From assembly GCA_023136205.1 (NCBI GenBank), contig JAGLRQ010000081.1, positions 1 through 5,477 of the forward strand: a stretch of 5,477 nt of DNA, read 5' to 3'. The first letter of the stretch is position 1. Every line of letters begins with the position of its first letter. Below the pieces are notes generated by a model. The model did not search any database. It was not told where the DNA came from and saw only the letters and a list, made by a program, of their open reading frames with translations. This DNA is from Candidatus Auribacterota bacterium. Lineage in GTDB: Bacteria; Auribacterota; UBA6266. This document shows positions 5,328 to 5,477 of this stretch, piece after piece. A program made the position numbers and the translations under genes.

Positions 5328-5355
5328 ATTTTATATTCACAATGCCAAAAGTCAA
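5328..5355 (-). promoter_or_regulatory. candidate sigma70-type promoter of the lipoprotein gene (TTGACT-16 nt-TAAAAT on minus strand)
   Basis: rc of 5350-5355 is TTGACT and rc of 5328-5333 is TAAAAT, with a 16-nt spacer. This would give a leader of roughly 45-50 nt. Confidence 0.4.
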
Positions 5356-5477
5356 GTTATTTATGAGAATCTGAAAGACCTTTTTACACGTTGTTTTGTG
5401 ACAATATTACACATTTGAGTATATCAAAATGTGGATAAAAAGAACTGTATTTGAAGAAAGGTATTTTAAAACAGTTT

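Noticed and set aside
5397-5413. CRP/FNR-like half-site TGTGA followed by ACACA
   Set aside because: The second half-site is offset: TGTGA-N7-ACACA rather than TGTGA-N6-TCACA. With N6 spacing it matches poorly. No cognate regulator context is visible.
5429-5477. Open frame starting ATG 5429 (MWIKRTVFEERYFKTV...) running off the window end
   Set aside because: Only 16 codons are visible and there is no convincing SD (only gag at 5417-5419). It cannot be distinguished from chance in AT-rich sequence. It may be the start of the next gene, but that is unsupported here.
1-5477. Screen for mobile elements, CRISPR arrays, tRNA or rRNA, and known defence or toxin-antitoxin gene signatures
   Set aside because: No long terminal inverted repeats, transposase or integrase-like ORFs, spaced repeat arrays, cloverleaf-capable G/C-rich segments, or nuclease/ATPase/toxin motifs were found. 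The gene content is a housekeeping gene (fba) plus envelope and signalling genes.

Overview
AT-rich bacterial chromosomal window with five well-supported protein genes. I see no rRNA, tRNA, CRISPR array, transposase or integrase. Gene order: (1) a cytoplasmic alpha/beta-fold serine hydrolase, 195-917 (+). (2) A 618-aa single-pass membrane protein, 1083-2939 (+), with an N-terminal PilZ (c-di-GMP receptor) domain, one TM helix, a ~110-residue coiled coil, a small beta-rich module and a ~290-residue C-terminal domain whose strand pattern looks like a (beta/alpha)8 glycoside-hydrolase-like barrel. (3) Class II fructose-1,6-bisphosphate aldolase, 2950-3957 (-), tail-to-tail with gene 2 with only 10 bp between the stop codons. 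(4) A LemA-family membrane protein, 4216-4773 (+). (5) A small, very basic, Ala/Lys-rich lipoprotein of unknown function, 4913-5272 (-), separated from lemA by a perfect 18-bp bidirectional intrinsic terminator. The most unusual element is the PilZ fusion protein. Its topology resembles Alg44 (cytoplasmic PilZ, TM, extracytoplasmic coiled coil) but ends in a carbohydrate-enzyme-like ectodomain whose strand-4 motif lacks the expected acidic residue. In the non-coding DNA, two arrays of 8-9 bp direct repeats in mutually inverted orientation sit upstream of the hydrolase gene. Nothing resembles a known defence, toxin or mobile system. All functional calls come from reading motifs in the supplied translations and need profile and structure searches to confirm.
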